IMG/VR virus record: IMGVR_UViG_3300046795_000082
Span: 1-64,000 of that record
Source of the DNA: a virus
Lineage: Duplodnaviria > Caudoviricetes
DNA length: 64,000 nt
Direction: 5' to 3' (one strand)
Both the position numbers and the translations under genes were made by a program. Positions within the stretch are counted from its first letter, which is position 1, and each line of letters begins with the position of its first letter. Of this stretch, positions 25,192 through 34,673 are shown one piece after another. The notes under the pieces are model-generated. The model did not search any database and had not been told where the DNA came from. It saw only the letters and a program-made list of their open reading frames with translations.

Positions 25192-28174
25192 TCACCCGCC
25201 GGGCTGTCGCGGCTGCGTCCTCGACGACAAGGGCGAGGGCTTCGCGCCGGCTGACGGCCCACCTGAGAGCTGGCTGCTGCTGGTCGGTGAGGCGCTCGGG
25301 AAGGTCGAGGCGCTGACCGGCCGCCCCTTCGTCGGCGACGCGGGCGGGATGCTGACGCGACTGCTGAACCTCCTGGGGTGGAAGCGGGAGGCGATCCGCA
25401 TCCACAACGCCATCAGCTGCCACCCGCCGCACGATTGGATGGATGAGCGTGCGCCCTGGTATTACCGCGCCCTGGGCCACTGCCCCTACCTGGAACAGAC
25501 CCTCTACGAAGGCCACCAGGTCGTCGTGCCGATGGGCCAGACGGCGCTACGGCGCGTCATGCACCTGGAGCACCGCAAGAAGGTCCGCGTCCAGGACTTC
25601 CATGGGGCGCTCCTGCGTGACCCAGGAGACCGCTTCTCTGTCGTCCCCACCTTCCACCCCTCCTTCTTGCAGAGAGGGGCTCACAACCTCATTGGGACGG
25701 TTTTATGGGACCTTCTGAGAGCCGAGTCGGTCCGCGATCACGGGGTGCCGCCAGACGACCACAGCCTGGTCGTCGACCCGCCGATCGAGTGGTTCCGCGC
25801 CTGGGTCGACCAGGTCATCGCGGCACGCCAGCAGGACCCCGCCGCGTATCCCATCAGTAGTGACGTCGAGACGCCCGACAAGGCGGGCGGCAAGGACGAA
25901 GGCGAGATGACCGCTGACGACCGCTCGATGCAGCTCCTGCGGCACAACGTCAGCTGCCATCCGGACGAAGGCGTGACCGTGCCGCACGACGGACCCTACA
26001 TCGCCGAGCTGGCACGGCTCTATGCGTCGCCCGGCGCGATCTGGATGTGGAACAGAGAGTATGACTTCGTCCGCCAGGTCACCGCCGGCCTGCTCCGGGA
26101 AGACGACAGCACGCGTGTCGTGGACCTGATGTGGCTGTGGCACGTGCTCCAGAGCGACCTGCCGCGAGGCCTGGGATTCGTCGCGCCGTTCTATTCGAAC
26201 TACGGGCCGTGGAAGCACCTGGCCGACGAAGACCCGGAGGGCTACGGCGCCATCGATGGCCTGCAGACTCACCGCGTCGGCTTCGGCATCATCCGGGACC
26301 TGGTCGCGCAGGGAATCTACAAAGTCGCGATGCGCCACACCCACGAGCTGCTGACCAAGGTCCTGCGGCCGGCGCAGCTGGTCGGGGTGAAGGTCGACCG
26401 GCAGCGGCTGCTCGTCTTCAAGGCCGAGCTGATCGACAAGGCGCGCGAGCGCATCGACACCCTGCAGACACGCGTGCCGGCGAATCTGCTCCCGCTCACA
26501 CCGAAGGAGGGCTACAAGCACCAGCCGGCAGCCACCCTCCTCCACGTTAAGGCCACGGCGTTCACCCGGAAGGGGACGCCGCGGGCCGGCAAACCCTCGT
26601 CGGAAATCAAGCAGGAGCTGTATGCGCGTGCCCAGATCGTCGAGAAGCTCGTCCTCAAGGAAGTCCTCACCTGTCGGACGTGCGGCGCTACCGACCTTGA
26701 TCGACGCCACCGCTGCGCTTCTGCTCAGAACCCTCACGCTCTACCGCCAGCTCTTGACCTGGCAGTCGCGTCCGTTCGGCGCTGGTACTGGCAGGAGCCG
26801 CTCAACCCCGACTCGCCCAAGCAGATCCTCGCCTACATCAAGTTCCGCAAGCACCGCGCCGGCCGGCCGAAGAAGGGCGCGGCGAGCGAGTCGACCGACC
26901 GGGAAACGCTCGACCGGCTCGTAGCCCAGACCGGCGACCCGTTCTACGCGACGCTCCTGGACTACCGCGCCATCGCCAAGGTCAAGGGCACGTATGTGGA
27001 GGCGACCGAGCGGCTGCTCGACGCCGACGACCGGATCCACCCGGTGCCGACCTTCAAGCCCTCGACCGGTCGGCTCAGCTACATGAATCCGAACATCACC
27101 AACGTCGTGGCCGACAAGGACGAGAAGCGCAACCTGGCCGCGGGGTTCCGGCGCTGCATCGTCGCCTCGCCCGGCTGCCGACTGCTGGAGGTCGACTTCG
27201 CCGGCATCGAGGCGGTCGAGACCGGGTGGTGCGCCAGGGACGCCGAGTACTACCGGCTCGCCGGCCTGGGCGTCCACGGCGCCTTGGTGACCCACGTGCT
27301 CGGGCAGCCCTACGACCCAGCCGACAGTGACGACGCACTGGGCGCGCTCTTCAAGCGGATGAAGGTCGAGCACCCAGACCTCTACGACCCGGCCAAGCGC
27401 TACATCCACGGGCGGGCCTATGGCCTGACGGTCGCCGGCATGGTGCTCCAGTTCCCGCACCTCTTCCCGCGCGTCGCGACCGCCGAGAAGTACGCCCGCA
27501 TCTACGAACAGATGGCGCCGCTGGTGGCCGGCTGGCAGCGGACGACGCAGGAGCGGGCGAGCCGGCAGCACTTCCTCGGCGGCCAGGACCACCCGTTTGG
27601 CTACCGGCACTGGTTCTGGTCGGTCTACACCTACAAGCGGCTGACGCCGGTCCAGCACGCGCGCTTGTTAGCCAAGTATGAGAAGGCTGGCCAGGCGGCG
27701 CCGGTGGTCGACATCAACGGCCAGTGGTTCAAGGTCGGCCTGGGCGAGGACGGCAAGCGCGTGCTGGCGTTCTACCCGCAGTCGATCGCGGCGGCGATTC
27801 TGAAAGAAGCGCTGCTGCGCCTGTTCGCCGACCCGGACTCGCCGAGCTACATCGGGACGGCCTACTACGGCAAGACGCCGCTCCGGGCGCCCATCCACGA
27901 CTCGATGCTGCTGGAGGTGCCCACACGCGTGTGGGACCGGGTCTACGAGACGGTCTGCATGGAGATGCAGCGGCCCATCCCGCAGCAGGCGCTGCCGGCC
28001 GAGTGGCAGCGCCCAGGCGAGTACGTCCGCATCGGCATCGCCGCGAAAGCCGGCCAGGACTGGGCGACGATGGAGGACCTGGTCGTGCCGCACTACGCCG
28101 AGAGCTGGATCGCCAGCCCCATCGACGAGGCCGATGAAGACGACTGGAACGACCTCGCCCGCGTCATCGCCTGA
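25178..28174 (+). CDS. polA: family A DNA polymerase with N-terminal family-4 UDG-like domain and 3'-5' exonuclease
   Basis: UDG: CRGC, VGEALG, PFVG.AG, SCHPP, TFHPS. Exonuclease: SDVET, WN..YD, Y...D. Polymerase: VDFAGIE (A), KRYIHGRAYG (B), IHDS (C). Confidence 0.92.
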   Translation: MPRLSHPPGCRGCVLDDKGEGFAPADGPPESWLLLVGEALGKVEALTGRPFVGDAGGMLTRLLNLLGWKREAIRIHNAISCHPPHDWMDERAPWYYRALGHCPYLEQTLYEGHQVVVPMGQTALRRVMHLEHRKKVRVQDFHGALLRDPGDRFSVVPTFHPSFLQRGAHNLIGTVLWDLLRAESVRDHGVPPDDHSLVVDPPIEWFRAWVDQVIAARQQDPAAYPISSDVETPDKAGGKDEGEMTADDRSMQLLRHNVSCHPDEGVTVPHDGPYIAELARLYASPGAIWMWNREYDFVRQVTAGLLREDDSTRVVDLMWLWHVLQSDLPRGLGFVAPFYSNYGPWKHLADEDPEGYGAIDGLQTHRVGFGIIRDLVAQGIYKVAMRHTHELLTKVLRPAQLVGVKVDRQRLLVFKAELIDKARERIDTLQTRVPANLLPLTPKEGYKHQPAATLLHVKATAFTRKGTPRAGKPSSEIKQELYARAQIVEKLVLKEVLTCRTCGATDLDRRHRCASAQNPHALPPALDLAVASVRRWYWQEPLNPDSPKQILAYIKFRKHRAGRPKKGAASESTDRETLDRLVAQTGDPFYATLLDYRAIAKVKGTYVEATERLLDADDRIHPVPTFKPSTGRLSYMNPNITNVVADKDEKRNLAAGFRRCIVASPGCRLLEVDFAGIEAVETGWCARDAEYYRLAGLGVHGALVTHVLGQPYDPADSDDALGALFKRMKVEHPDLYDPAKRYIHGRAYGLTVAGMVLQFPHLFPRVATAEKYARIYEQMAPLVAGWQRTTQERASRQHFLGGQDHPFGYRHWFWSVYTYKRLTPVQHARLLAKYEKAGQAAPVVDINGQWFKVGLGEDGKRVLAFYPQSIAAAILKEALLRLFADPDSPSYIGTAYYGKTPLRAPIHDSMLLEVPTRVWDRVYETVCMEMQRPIPQQALPAEWQRPGEYVRIGIAAKAGQDWATMEDLVVPHYAESWIASPIDEADEDDWNDLARVIA

Positions 28175-28186
28175 CCATCAACCGAC

Positions 28187-28214
28187 TTGACAAAGCATAT
28201 GCTTCTGATATGCT
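28187..28214 (+). promoter_or_regulatory. sigma70-like promoter with palindromic operator
   Basis: TTGACA, 16 nt, TATGCT, with AAGCATATGCTT in the spacer; shares a 22-mer with 2121-2142. Confidence 0.75.
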
Positions 28215-28229
28215 TAGTGGATGGTCACA

Positions 28230-28397
28230 ATGAATGCGACACTCACCGCAGACGAAGCCGAACTGCTGGCGCTCTTCCGCCAGATCGGCCCCACGAAACG
28301 CGACGCGCTGCTCAAATTCGTCCGCACCATGCCACGAGCCATCGTCGTCGTCACTGACGCACAAGGCGGGGAGAAAAAGCCGGACGTGGCGTCGTGA
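28230..28397 (+). CDS. 55-aa protein resembling repressor C-terminal helices
   Basis: Hand-translated MNATLTADEAELLALFRQIGPTKRDALLKFV...; first gene after the promoter. Confidence 0.55.
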   Translation: MNATLTADEAELLALFRQIGPTKRDALLKFVRTMPRAIVVVTDAQGGEKKPDVAS

Positions 28398-28542
28398 CCT
28401 GGGTGCTGCTCGGGTCGACAGACCTGAGCGAGGAACAACGCATTGCCCTGGGCTGCCGGCCGCGCACGTGGCGCGGCTGGTGGTTCTGGGTCCGCTACTG
28501 GTCGCCGCCCGCGCTGTGGTGGCAACGATTGAGGGGACGCTG

Positions 28543-28806
28543 ATGGGAAACCGCGTCTCTCCCATCACTGGTCCAGCGCCGCCGAAATACCGCCAGTTGC
28601 CCTGCCCGACGTGTGGACACCTACGGCGCGTCATCAATGGGCACTGGCTGCGCTACGTGCGACAGGCGGCTGGACTCGACCAACGACGACTCGGCAAGAT
28701 GATTTGCGTCAGCGGGCCGTATCTGAGCGACCTTGAATCGAACCGGCGAGACTGTCCGCTCGACGTGCTCGACGCCTGGGAGACACAATGGACGAGACGC
28801 CCGTGA
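28543..28806 (+). CDS. zinc-finger plus XRE HTH regulator
   Basis: CPTC followed by LRYVRQAAGLDQRRLGKMICVSGPYLSDLE. Confidence 0.75.
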   Translation: MGNRVSPITGPAPPKYRQLPCPTCGHLRRVINGHWLRYVRQAAGLDQRRLGKMICVSGPYLSDLESNRRDCPLDVLDAWETQWTRRP

Positions 28807-28973
28807 CGGAAGATGTCGTGACCCTGACGCGCGAAGAGGCCGACTTGCTGTATCACCTGCTGCGGTCGCTCTGCATCGTCGGTCCCAGTCACACGCTGCA
28901 CATCGGTGGGCACGTCGTCGAACCGCCGCAACGAAAGCCGAGGAGACACAATGGACGAGACGCTCTTGACTGA
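28788..28973 (+). CDS. small hypothetical protein
   Basis: RBS GGAG, ATG at 28788. Confidence 0.55.
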   Translation: MDETPVTEDVVTLTREEADLLYHLLRSLCIVGPSHTLHIGGHVVEPPQRKPRRHNGRDALD

Positions 28974-29166
28974 ACTGATTCGCCGACAGACCTCGGCGTC
29001 TGTCGTAACCGTGATTACCCGCACCATCGACACCACCGCCGAGGAGATGGCCAGAGACATCCTGCGCGAGCCAGCCTTCCGCGACGCGATGCGGGAGCTG
29101 GTGCGGATCGCCTTCAACCACGCGCTGCAGCAGCTGAGTGAGCCGACGACGGGAGGGCAGCCGTGA
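28951..29166 (+). CDS. small hypothetical protein
   Basis: RBS AGGAG, ATG at 28951. Confidence 0.55.
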   Translation: MDETLLTELIRRQTSASVVTVITRTIDTTAEEMARDILREPAFRDAMRELVRIAFNHALQQLSEPTTGGQP

Positions 29167-29294
29167 ACGACGACGCCCAGGCGATCCGGTCCCAGCTGGA
29201 GACGATCCGGTCGCTGCTCTCGGAGATCCGCTACACGCTGGCTATCCTTGCCGGCGTCCTGGTGATGCAGGCGCTAGGGCGGTGGTGGCCATGA
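29163..29294 (+). CDS. small membrane protein
   Basis: GTGA and ATGA overlaps; C-terminal hydrophobic helix. Confidence 0.45.
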   Translation: MNDDAQAIRSQLETIRSLLSEIRYTLAILAGVLVMQALGRWWP

Positions 29295-29815
29295 CCTACT
29301 ACCCGACCCTCGCCGAGGACCTCACCCGCGCGAAGGAGATTCTGGCGAAGGGCAGCGGCGGAAAGTTCTCCGTCGAACTGGAGAAGCTGGGGCCGGAGCT
29401 GTACGCGCGCCTGACCGACCTCGCGGGCGGCACGATCTATGAGGCCGACACCTATGCCGCCTACAAGCTGCTGGAGAGCTTTGTCGCCGAGATCGAGCGG
29501 TTGCGCGCCGCCTATTCGCCGATGACTGACGATCCCTTCGACCACAACGGCGAGTGCAAGTTCTGCGATGAGCAGGCAATGCACCGGGCCGACTGCCCGT
29601 GGCTACTGCAGTTGATCGCGGAGCACGCGCGACTCGCCGCCGTCGAGCGCGAGCGGGACGATGAACGACGTTGGGCAGGCTATGAGCGAGGGCGGGCGGA
29701 GCGCGCCGAGGCCGACGTCGCGAAGAAGAACGCCGCGCTCGCGGAGATTGCCGACGAGCCGGTCGTCACACCGGCCGTCACGATTGCGCGCGGCGCGCTG
29801 GGGTGGGACCAATGA
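29291..29815 (+). CDS. hypothetical coiled-coil protein
   Basis: ATG at 29291 coupled to the upstream stop; CKFC..H..C motif. Confidence 0.6.
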   Translation: MTYYPTLAEDLTRAKEILAKGSGGKFSVELEKLGPELYARLTDLAGGTIYEADTYAAYKLLESFVAEIERLRAAYSPMTDDPFDHNGECKFCDEQAMHRADCPWLLQLIAEHARLAAVERERDDERRWAGYERGRAERAEADVAKKNAALAEIADEPVVTPAVTIARGALGWDQ

Positions 29816-30075
29816 CTTTCGGACGCAAGCCCTACTCGACGAAGTTCACCGCGCGGCAGAACCCGCAGCGCTATCTCCTCTCGGGGATCCCGCCAACCAT
29901 GTGGACACGCGTGAAGGCGGGCGCGCGACAGGAAGGCATTTCGGTCCGCGCCCTGATTCTCCAGCTGCTGGACGACTGGCTGCAGCGACGCATCGACGAC
30001 CAGGTCGTCAAGCACGCCGCCGACGACAGCGCCTGGGAGCCGCCGGTCACGGTCCCACCGGTCCACCAGGACTAG
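29812..30075 (+). CDS. ribbon-helix-helix DNA-binding protein
   Basis: YLLSGIPPTMWTRVKAGARQEGISVRALILQLLDDWL (Arc/FitA-like pattern). Confidence 0.7.
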   Translation: MTFGRKPYSTKFTARQNPQRYLLSGIPPTMWTRVKAGARQEGISVRALILQLLDDWLQRRIDDQVVKHAADDSAWEPPVTVPPVHQD

Positions 30076-30317
30076 CCGCCTCTCTGAGAGGCTCAGGCGT
30101 TCACCTGGGCCCTTCCCCCTGTCCCTAGCACCGATCGTCGTTCCTGGAGGCGCCTGGCCAGCCCGGTGGGGCGGTTTACTCGACGGTCAGCAAGTCCACG
30201 AAGTGTTCCGGGGACGTAGGCACTTCGCCGGGGTAGGGGGCTAGCTTCGCGAGGAGGTCCTCGTCGAGGGGAAACTCGGGGCCGCCCGGACTGGTCAGCT
30301 CGAACAGCCGGTCCGCC

Positions 30318-32306
30318 TTATTTTTTGGGGAGGCGGGACCACTCGGGCGGGACGAGGCCGGTGGCGCGGAGCGGGGCGTCTTCTCCGAGGACACTGCGTC
30401 GGAAGGCGCTGGTCCGGTTGGACGCGGCGAGGTCGTAGATTCGTCCATAGAACTCCTCGGGGCTCATCCTACCACGCCCCCGCTCATTCCACAACTTCAC
30501 GACCTGCTTCATAAACACCGGGTCCCGGCGCTGTTCGGGCGTGAAGAGTCCCTTGACGGCCTCCCACGAAATCGACTGCCCCTGGTTCGGCACGAGCCCG
30601 CGGCCCTGCGCCGCGCGTGTCGTCGACTCCTGGTAGAGCGGATAGGCGCCCTTGAAGCCGAGTTTTGTGGGGCTGCCCGGAGAACTCCCGGTCACCCGGT
30701 CGACCAGCGGTCCGCCGCCGACCGGCAGCATCAGGGTGCCGGCGATATTGTGGACGTCGGAGGTGGCGCTACGCGGGTCCTCGGGGACGGAGATGTCGTT
30801 GTAGAAATTGCGAATCTTGTGCCCCTCGCCCAGCCGGGCGGAGATGTTCGCGTCACTGGGGTCGTCGAGAATCGACAGCGCATCGGCCATGTTCTCGTAG
30901 GTCTGCCACTTCATTTTCCGGGCTCGGGGATCGTCCCCGCCGGTCATCGCACGCGGGATGACGAGGTTCCCCTCCGGCGAATAGATGCCGAACTCGTTGG
31001 GGTCGTTCGTTTCGCTGAAGGCCCGAATCATGCGCGCCTTGTGCTCCGGCGACAGCTCGTTGAACCGGAAGCCGATATGCGCTTTCGCCTCGTCGATCTC
31101 CCGCATGATCTTCATCCGATACTTCACCAGGCGGTCCCCCGTCAGCTGGTGATCGTGAATCCACGCCTCACCCTGCTTGGTCCGTGTCACCACGTAGCGG
31201 TCGAACAGGGGGCGTGTGAAGGCCTCGTCGGACTGCTTGAACTGCCGCCAGTATTTCGCCAGTCGCTTCGACACCTCGATGTTGATCGGCCACTCGGTCC
31301 CCGCGCTTTGTGTCGCGAGCACGCCCGCGGCGGCGTTGCGGCTGATGCCGAAGGGGACGGCGAGCTGCGTAATCTCGTCGTCTCCGATCTTGCGGGCCCC
31401 CTGGTACCAGCCGCCGGCCCGCCGCTGGATACGCGGGGGCTCCATGCCGATGAGCGCATCGAGGTTCTCGGCGCCGTGGCCGACGAAGGCGTCGAGGATG
31501 CCTTGGTCGGAATAGCCACGCTCGCGCTCGGTGAGCATCGGGTAGGCGGGCCCCTGCTTGGGCACGACGCGACGCACCTCCTCGGCGAGCCGGTGGATGT
31601 AAGCCGGGTCCTCGGCGGCGTCCTTCATGCCGGTCGTCAGGAGCGTCCCGGCCTGCTCGGCGGCGGCGGCGCGGATGGGGTCCTCGGGGAAGCGTGTCGA
31701 GACGAGCAGGCGTTCCCCGATCCGTTCGGTGGGGGCCCGGGACATCCGCAGGAACGGAGCGGCGGCCGCGAGGCCAGCTCCGGGCAGGTCGAGCTGGAGC
31801 GCCGCCCCACCTGGGGTCGTCGCGTCGGCCAGTTGCTCCATCAGCTGGTTGGGCCCAACCTGCGGCAAGCCGGTGAGGGTGTCGATGAACGGGCTGCCGG
31901 TCTGCGGCAGCGTCAGCTGCTGCCGGACGGCATCGACCGTAGCCTGCGTCTGCGGGTCACGCGTGAAGAGCGAGCCGAGATAGTCCTGCACGCCTTGGGG
32001 GAGGTACCGCTGGTAGCCGCTCCGCAGACCCGCGTAGGCGTCGCCGAAGGCCCTCGGCATGGCCGGCAGCTGGTCACCCATCGCCCCGAAGAAGCGGCTG
32101 ATGCCGGCCCGGTCGGCGGCGGCGTCTCGCAGCGCCGGCTCCGGCGGTGCGGTCACCGGTGGCGCGCCGCCTTCACCCAAGTCGACCGGGACGCCGTTGA
32201 CCGTCGCGAAGGTCATCGGCACTTGCCGGCTGTCGGCCGGCGCGGCGACCGGGGGCGGGGTTGCGAGGACCGTGCGACGCCGGAGCTTCTGCTGCGGATC
32301 AGCCAT
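30318..32306 (-). CDS. putative ejected virion protein with helical DNA-glycosylase-like C-terminal domain
   Basis: Pro-rich N-terminus, then WY..A, AAGVLA..S..W..N, HKIRNFYNDI, TSDVH, YPLY...AA..G..P.Q.QSISWEAV; last gene of the ejection cluster. Confidence 0.55.
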   Translation of the reverse strand: MADPQQKLRRRTVLATPPPVAAPADSRQVPMTFATVNGVPVDLGEGGAPPVTAPPEPALRDAAADRAGISRFFGAMGDQLPAMPRAFGDAYAGLRSGYQRYLPQGVQDYLGSLFTRDPQTQATVDAVRQQLTLPQTGSPFIDTLTGLPQVGPNQLMEQLADATTPGGAALQLDLPGAGLAAAAPFLRMSRAPTERIGERLLVSTRFPEDPIRAAAAEQAGTLLTTGMKDAAEDPAYIHRLAEEVRRVVPKQGPAYPMLTERERGYSDQGILDAFVGHGAENLDALIGMEPPRIQRRAGGWYQGARKIGDDEITQLAVPFGISRNAAAGVLATQSAGTEWPINIEVSKRLAKYWRQFKQSDEAFTRPLFDRYVVTRTKQGEAWIHDHQLTGDRLVKYRMKIMREIDEAKAHIGFRFNELSPEHKARMIRAFSETNDPNEFGIYSPEGNLVIPRAMTGGDDPRARKMKWQTYENMADALSILDDPSDANISARLGEGHKIRNFYNDISVPEDPRSATSDVHNIAGTLMLPVGGGPLVDRVTGSSPGSPTKLGFKGAYPLYQESTTRAAQGRGLVPNQGQSISWEAVKGLFTPEQRRDPVFMKQVVKLWNERGRGRMSPEEFYGRIYDLAASNRTSAFRRSVLGEDAPLRATGLVPPEWSRLPKK

Positions 32307-32309
32307 GGG

Positions 32310-34673
32310 TCACCGTGGCGGCGGCGGCGTGGACACGCGTGGGGGCGTGCGCGGGAAGGGCGCGGTGCCGACTGGCGGGGGCGGGGGCGTGGCCCTGATC
32401 GCCTCGGCCCGCTTGGCGTAGTCGTCGAGCCGATTCATCACCGCACCCGTCCAGGCCACCGCACGCGCGCCACGGGCGGGGATCGTCAGCCCCTGCGTGA
32501 GCAGGCGCACGCCTCCCGGTGTGTTCATCAACAGGCTGATGACACCTCCCAAACTCTGCCCGGCGATCGTCGCGTAGGGGTGGGGAAACAGGTTGTAGGC
32601 ACTCACCCCGGTCAAGCCCGTGATGGCCGACCCGCTCGGATTGGGGTTCTCCGCAATCTTCTTGGCGAGCAAGAAGAACGAGTCGAGGTCGGCCCGGTTC
32701 GCCCCGTAGAGCAGGTCCTTGGTCGCGTCACCGAGCTTGTTCCATTCCCCCGCGGCGCCGGTCGCACCGGACAGCCACTCGCCACTGCCCGCACGAGACT
32801 TGACAAACAGATGCTCCAGCACCGCACGGCCCAGGGCCGGCATGGCCTGCGGCGCGTGCGCCTGCAGCTCACGCAGGTGCTGGATCCCCAGGTCCTGCCC
32901 CATGGTCGCCTGCTTGAACGCGCCGACCGGCTCTACGCGCAGCCGTTCGAAGATCTCCTCGGCAGCGCGCTTGGCCGACGCCTCGCTGCGGCCCATCTGC
33001 AGTTCGTCCAGTGCGTTGATCCCGGACGGGCTGTGTGCCTGGCCGACCGTGTGGTCGATCGCGTCCTGGAGCAGCTGTGTCGCCTGCGCGGCCATTCCCT
33101 GGCTCGCGTCGCGCAGCTGCGGCAGCTCGGCGCCACGCCCGAGACTCTTGATGGCGCCGAGGTCCTTCTCAAGCGACACGGCGGGCGCGTAGTCGGGGCC
33201 CGTGACCAGATTCTGGAGCGCCTGCAGACCAGGGGACAGCTGCTGCTGCCCGACGGGCATCCGGTGCAGCGCCTCGTCGAGCATCGGCCGCAGCGCACCC
33301 TTGATCTGCCGCAGGTCGACCGGCAGCTGCATCGCTTGCATCACGGGGACAGGCGTGCCACCCGGCATCCCCATGAAGCCAGTCCCTGGACGCGTCCCGA
33401 CCTGCACCTGCACGGTGTTGGCTGGGTCTGTCGCCACCTGTTCGAAGTTCTGGTAATGCCCCCGCATGTCGGTGTGTCTGTCGACGATGTAGTCCTCGAT
33501 CCCGTGCTGAATGCCGCGACCCGCCAACTCGGGCGACGTAGGGACAGGCGACACACGCCCCGCCAGACGCTCCCCCGTCGCTTCCAGCTGCTGCCCCTGG
33601 AGGAGTCGACGGTTGCGACTAATCCGTGACCCCGGGAGGGTAGCCCCGGACGTGCGCTCCAGGTTGCGCGCCAGCGTGCTCCCACTGGCCGTCGGCGCGT
33701 CGACGAACACCCCTTCGCGATGACCCAACGCGACCGCGGCGGCTTCTTCTGGCGTCAGCCGCGGACGGAACAGCGGGCGGGCGAGGCGGCCTTCCATCAG
33801 CTCCGGCCCGAAGGCCTGCAGGCCGACATCGGTGAGCGCACCAGCCATTTCCGGCCACTGGCCGGCGTTGGCGTAGTCGGCGCTCTGCTTCAAGCGCTCG
33901 CCGACGACCGGAATGGCGCTCACCAGCTCCTGGTTCGCCGCGCCGACGTCACCCTGCACGAACCGCTTGCCTGCCTCACGCAGGTGCTCGCCGGTGGCTT
34001 CACCGACCGCCTGGCCCATCGCCCCCGGTCCCTGGTAGAGCGCTTTGGCTCCTGCCCACAGCTTTTTGGGGTCGAGCGCCGACAGGGCTTGCCGGCCGTA
34101 GCGGACCGCCGTCCGCGCGAGGGCGGCCCGCGGGTCCATCGGCGCGGAGCCCACGTTGGGCGCGTCGGTGAGGATGTCGCCCAGCTGCGCGAGGTAGGGG
34201 TGCTGCTCGTCGAAGCCCTTGGGCGGCGGCTCGCCGACCTGTGGCGAAGCGGGCGGCGGCACCGCAACGGCGCCGGGCCGACGTGCGGGCGCGGGCGCAG
34301 ACGCGGGCTTCAGCTGACCGAGGACCTTCTGGACGTAAGGGTCAGTGACCGATGTCGGCGCCTGCGGGCTGGCGTTGTAGTGGCGCAGTGCCATCACCAC
34401 GTCGCCATTGTTGCGGGCGATGAGGTCGCGCAGCTCCTCGATGCCGCCGCGGATGTTGTCGGCCGGGTCGTCGGGGTTGACGTTGTGGCGCGCCATCGTC
34501 TCCGGCATCAGCTGCATGATGCCGCGCGCACCCGTCGGCGAGACGGCAGCCGGGTTCAGGCTCGACTCGGTCATCGCGACAGCCCTCGCGAGGCGCGGGT
34601 CGACCTGATACTTGGTGGCGATGCCCGTGATGACATCGTCCCAGTTCGCGGGGGTACCCCTGTCGTCAGCCAT
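32310..34673 (-). CDS. internal virion/ejection protein with N-terminal lytic transglycosylase (SLT)
   Basis: AVAMTESS (catalytic Glu), GIMQLMP, ALRHYNA; TAATG coupling gives the start at 34673. Confidence 0.85.
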   Translation of the reverse strand: MADDRGTPANWDDVITGIATKYQVDPRLARAVAMTESSLNPAAVSPTGARGIMQLMPETMARHNVNPDDPADNIRGGIEELRDLIARNNGDVVMALRHYNASPQAPTSVTDPYVQKVLGQLKPASAPAPARRPGAVAVPPPASPQVGEPPPKGFDEQHPYLAQLGDILTDAPNVGSAPMDPRAALARTAVRYGRQALSALDPKKLWAGAKALYQGPGAMGQAVGEATGEHLREAGKRFVQGDVGAANQELVSAIPVVGERLKQSADYANAGQWPEMAGALTDVGLQAFGPELMEGRLARPLFRPRLTPEEAAAVALGHREGVFVDAPTASGSTLARNLERTSGATLPGSRISRNRRLLQGQQLEATGERLAGRVSPVPTSPELAGRGIQHGIEDYIVDRHTDMRGHYQNFEQVATDPANTVQVQVGTRPGTGFMGMPGGTPVPVMQAMQLPVDLRQIKGALRPMLDEALHRMPVGQQQLSPGLQALQNLVTGPDYAPAVSLEKDLGAIKSLGRGAELPQLRDASQGMAAQATQLLQDAIDHTVGQAHSPSGINALDELQMGRSEASAKRAAEEIFERLRVEPVGAFKQATMGQDLGIQHLRELQAHAPQAMPALGRAVLEHLFVKSRAGSGEWLSGATGAAGEWNKLGDATKDLLYGANRADLDSFFLLAKKIAENPNPSGSAITGLTGVSAYNLFPHPYATIAGQSLGGVISLLMNTPGGVRLLTQGLTIPARGARAVAWTGAVMNRLDDYAKRAEAIRATPPPPPVGTAPFPRTPPRVSTPPPPR

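Noticed and set aside
30176-30448. 90-aa minus-strand ORF at the convergence point
   Set aside because: It overlaps the end of 30318-32306 by about 130 nt and is mostly Ser/Pro-rich; the 3' part could be a real small gene but the evidence is insufficient.
30750-33629. Very long antisense ORFs (also 12625-14766, 19555-21420, 39725-42400, 58859-60775)
   Set aside because: They lie opposite well-supported genes, have Arg/Gly/Ala-biased shadow composition and no motifs; stop codons are rare on the antisense strand of GC3-rich genes.
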